DNA of 61,425 nucleotides, taken from assembly GCA_043825735.1 (NCBI GenBank), contig JBDRRP010000027.1:124001-185425 (forward strand), written 5' to 3'. Source of the stretch: Pseudomonadota bacterium (lineage in GTDB: Bacteria; Desulfobacterota; Desulfobacteria; Desulfobacterales; JBDRRP01). A program made the translations under genes and the position numbers. Below the pieces are notes generated by a model, which searched no databases, was not told the DNA's origin, and was given only the letters and a program-made list of their open reading frames with translations. This document shows, one piece after another, positions 61,133 to 61,425 of this stretch; position 1 is the first letter of the stretch, and each line of letters opens with the position of its first letter.

Positions 61133-61330
61133 TCAGGTGAGCCGGCCGCTGTTGCGAAAAGCCTGCAAACTGATCCGCTCGATCTGAACGGCACCGTTGA
61201 GTCTCAGGGCGTTCAACTCACCCCATTCGATGAGTTGATGAACGGTATTGCGGCTGACGCCGAGGTAGCGCGCCGCTTCGGGCACACTGGCGTAAATGTT
61301 TTTCGATGGGACTGACGCAGTTGTTGCCAT
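61133..61330 (-). CDS. Excisionase-type helix-turn-helix protein
   Basis: SVPEAARYLGVSRNTVHQLIEWGELNALR; ATG 61330 with AAGGAG. Confidence 0.85.
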   Translation of the reverse strand: MATTASVPSKNIYASVPEAARYLGVSRNTVHQLIEWGELNALRLNGAVQIERISLQAFRNSGRLT

Positions 61331-61425
61331 AGCGATTCTCCTTCGTTTATTGACGCGGGCATGGCCCGGCGCCGAACGGATAGAGATTAGTGCTCGCCGA
61401 GGGGATGTCAAGGCAGGCGCCCGCC

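Overview
GC-rich chromosomal window from a sulfate-reducing deltaproteobacterium (Desulfobacterales-like, inferred from aprBA and gene style). It carries aprBA, cell-wall enzymes, an AT-richer FIST/hybrid-kinase insert, a long translation cluster (infC-rpmI-rplT-pheST-merR-tRNA-Gly-rimP-nusA-infB-rbfA-nrnA-truB-rpsO-pnp-M16-dut) and mixed accessory genes. No CRISPR, rRNA, transposase, integrase or prophage is visible. The main signals are non-coding: (1) a complete Trp leader-peptide attenuator (MTAPNRNRCCWWRWWC) upstream of a stand-alone DAHP synthase; (2) a dense set of intergenic repeat modules, namely two families built on ATCGNN hexamer hairpins (one with TA-bounded terminal inverted repeats), about ten 9-nt-period heptamer arms/hairpins, two mutually inverted 9-bp tandem arrays bracketing an SDR gene, and a MITE at the pheT-merR junction, often nested in mosaics; (3) four sigma28-like promoters on scattered genes; (4) an AUA start for infC. 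All calls were made by eye; no database searches were run.
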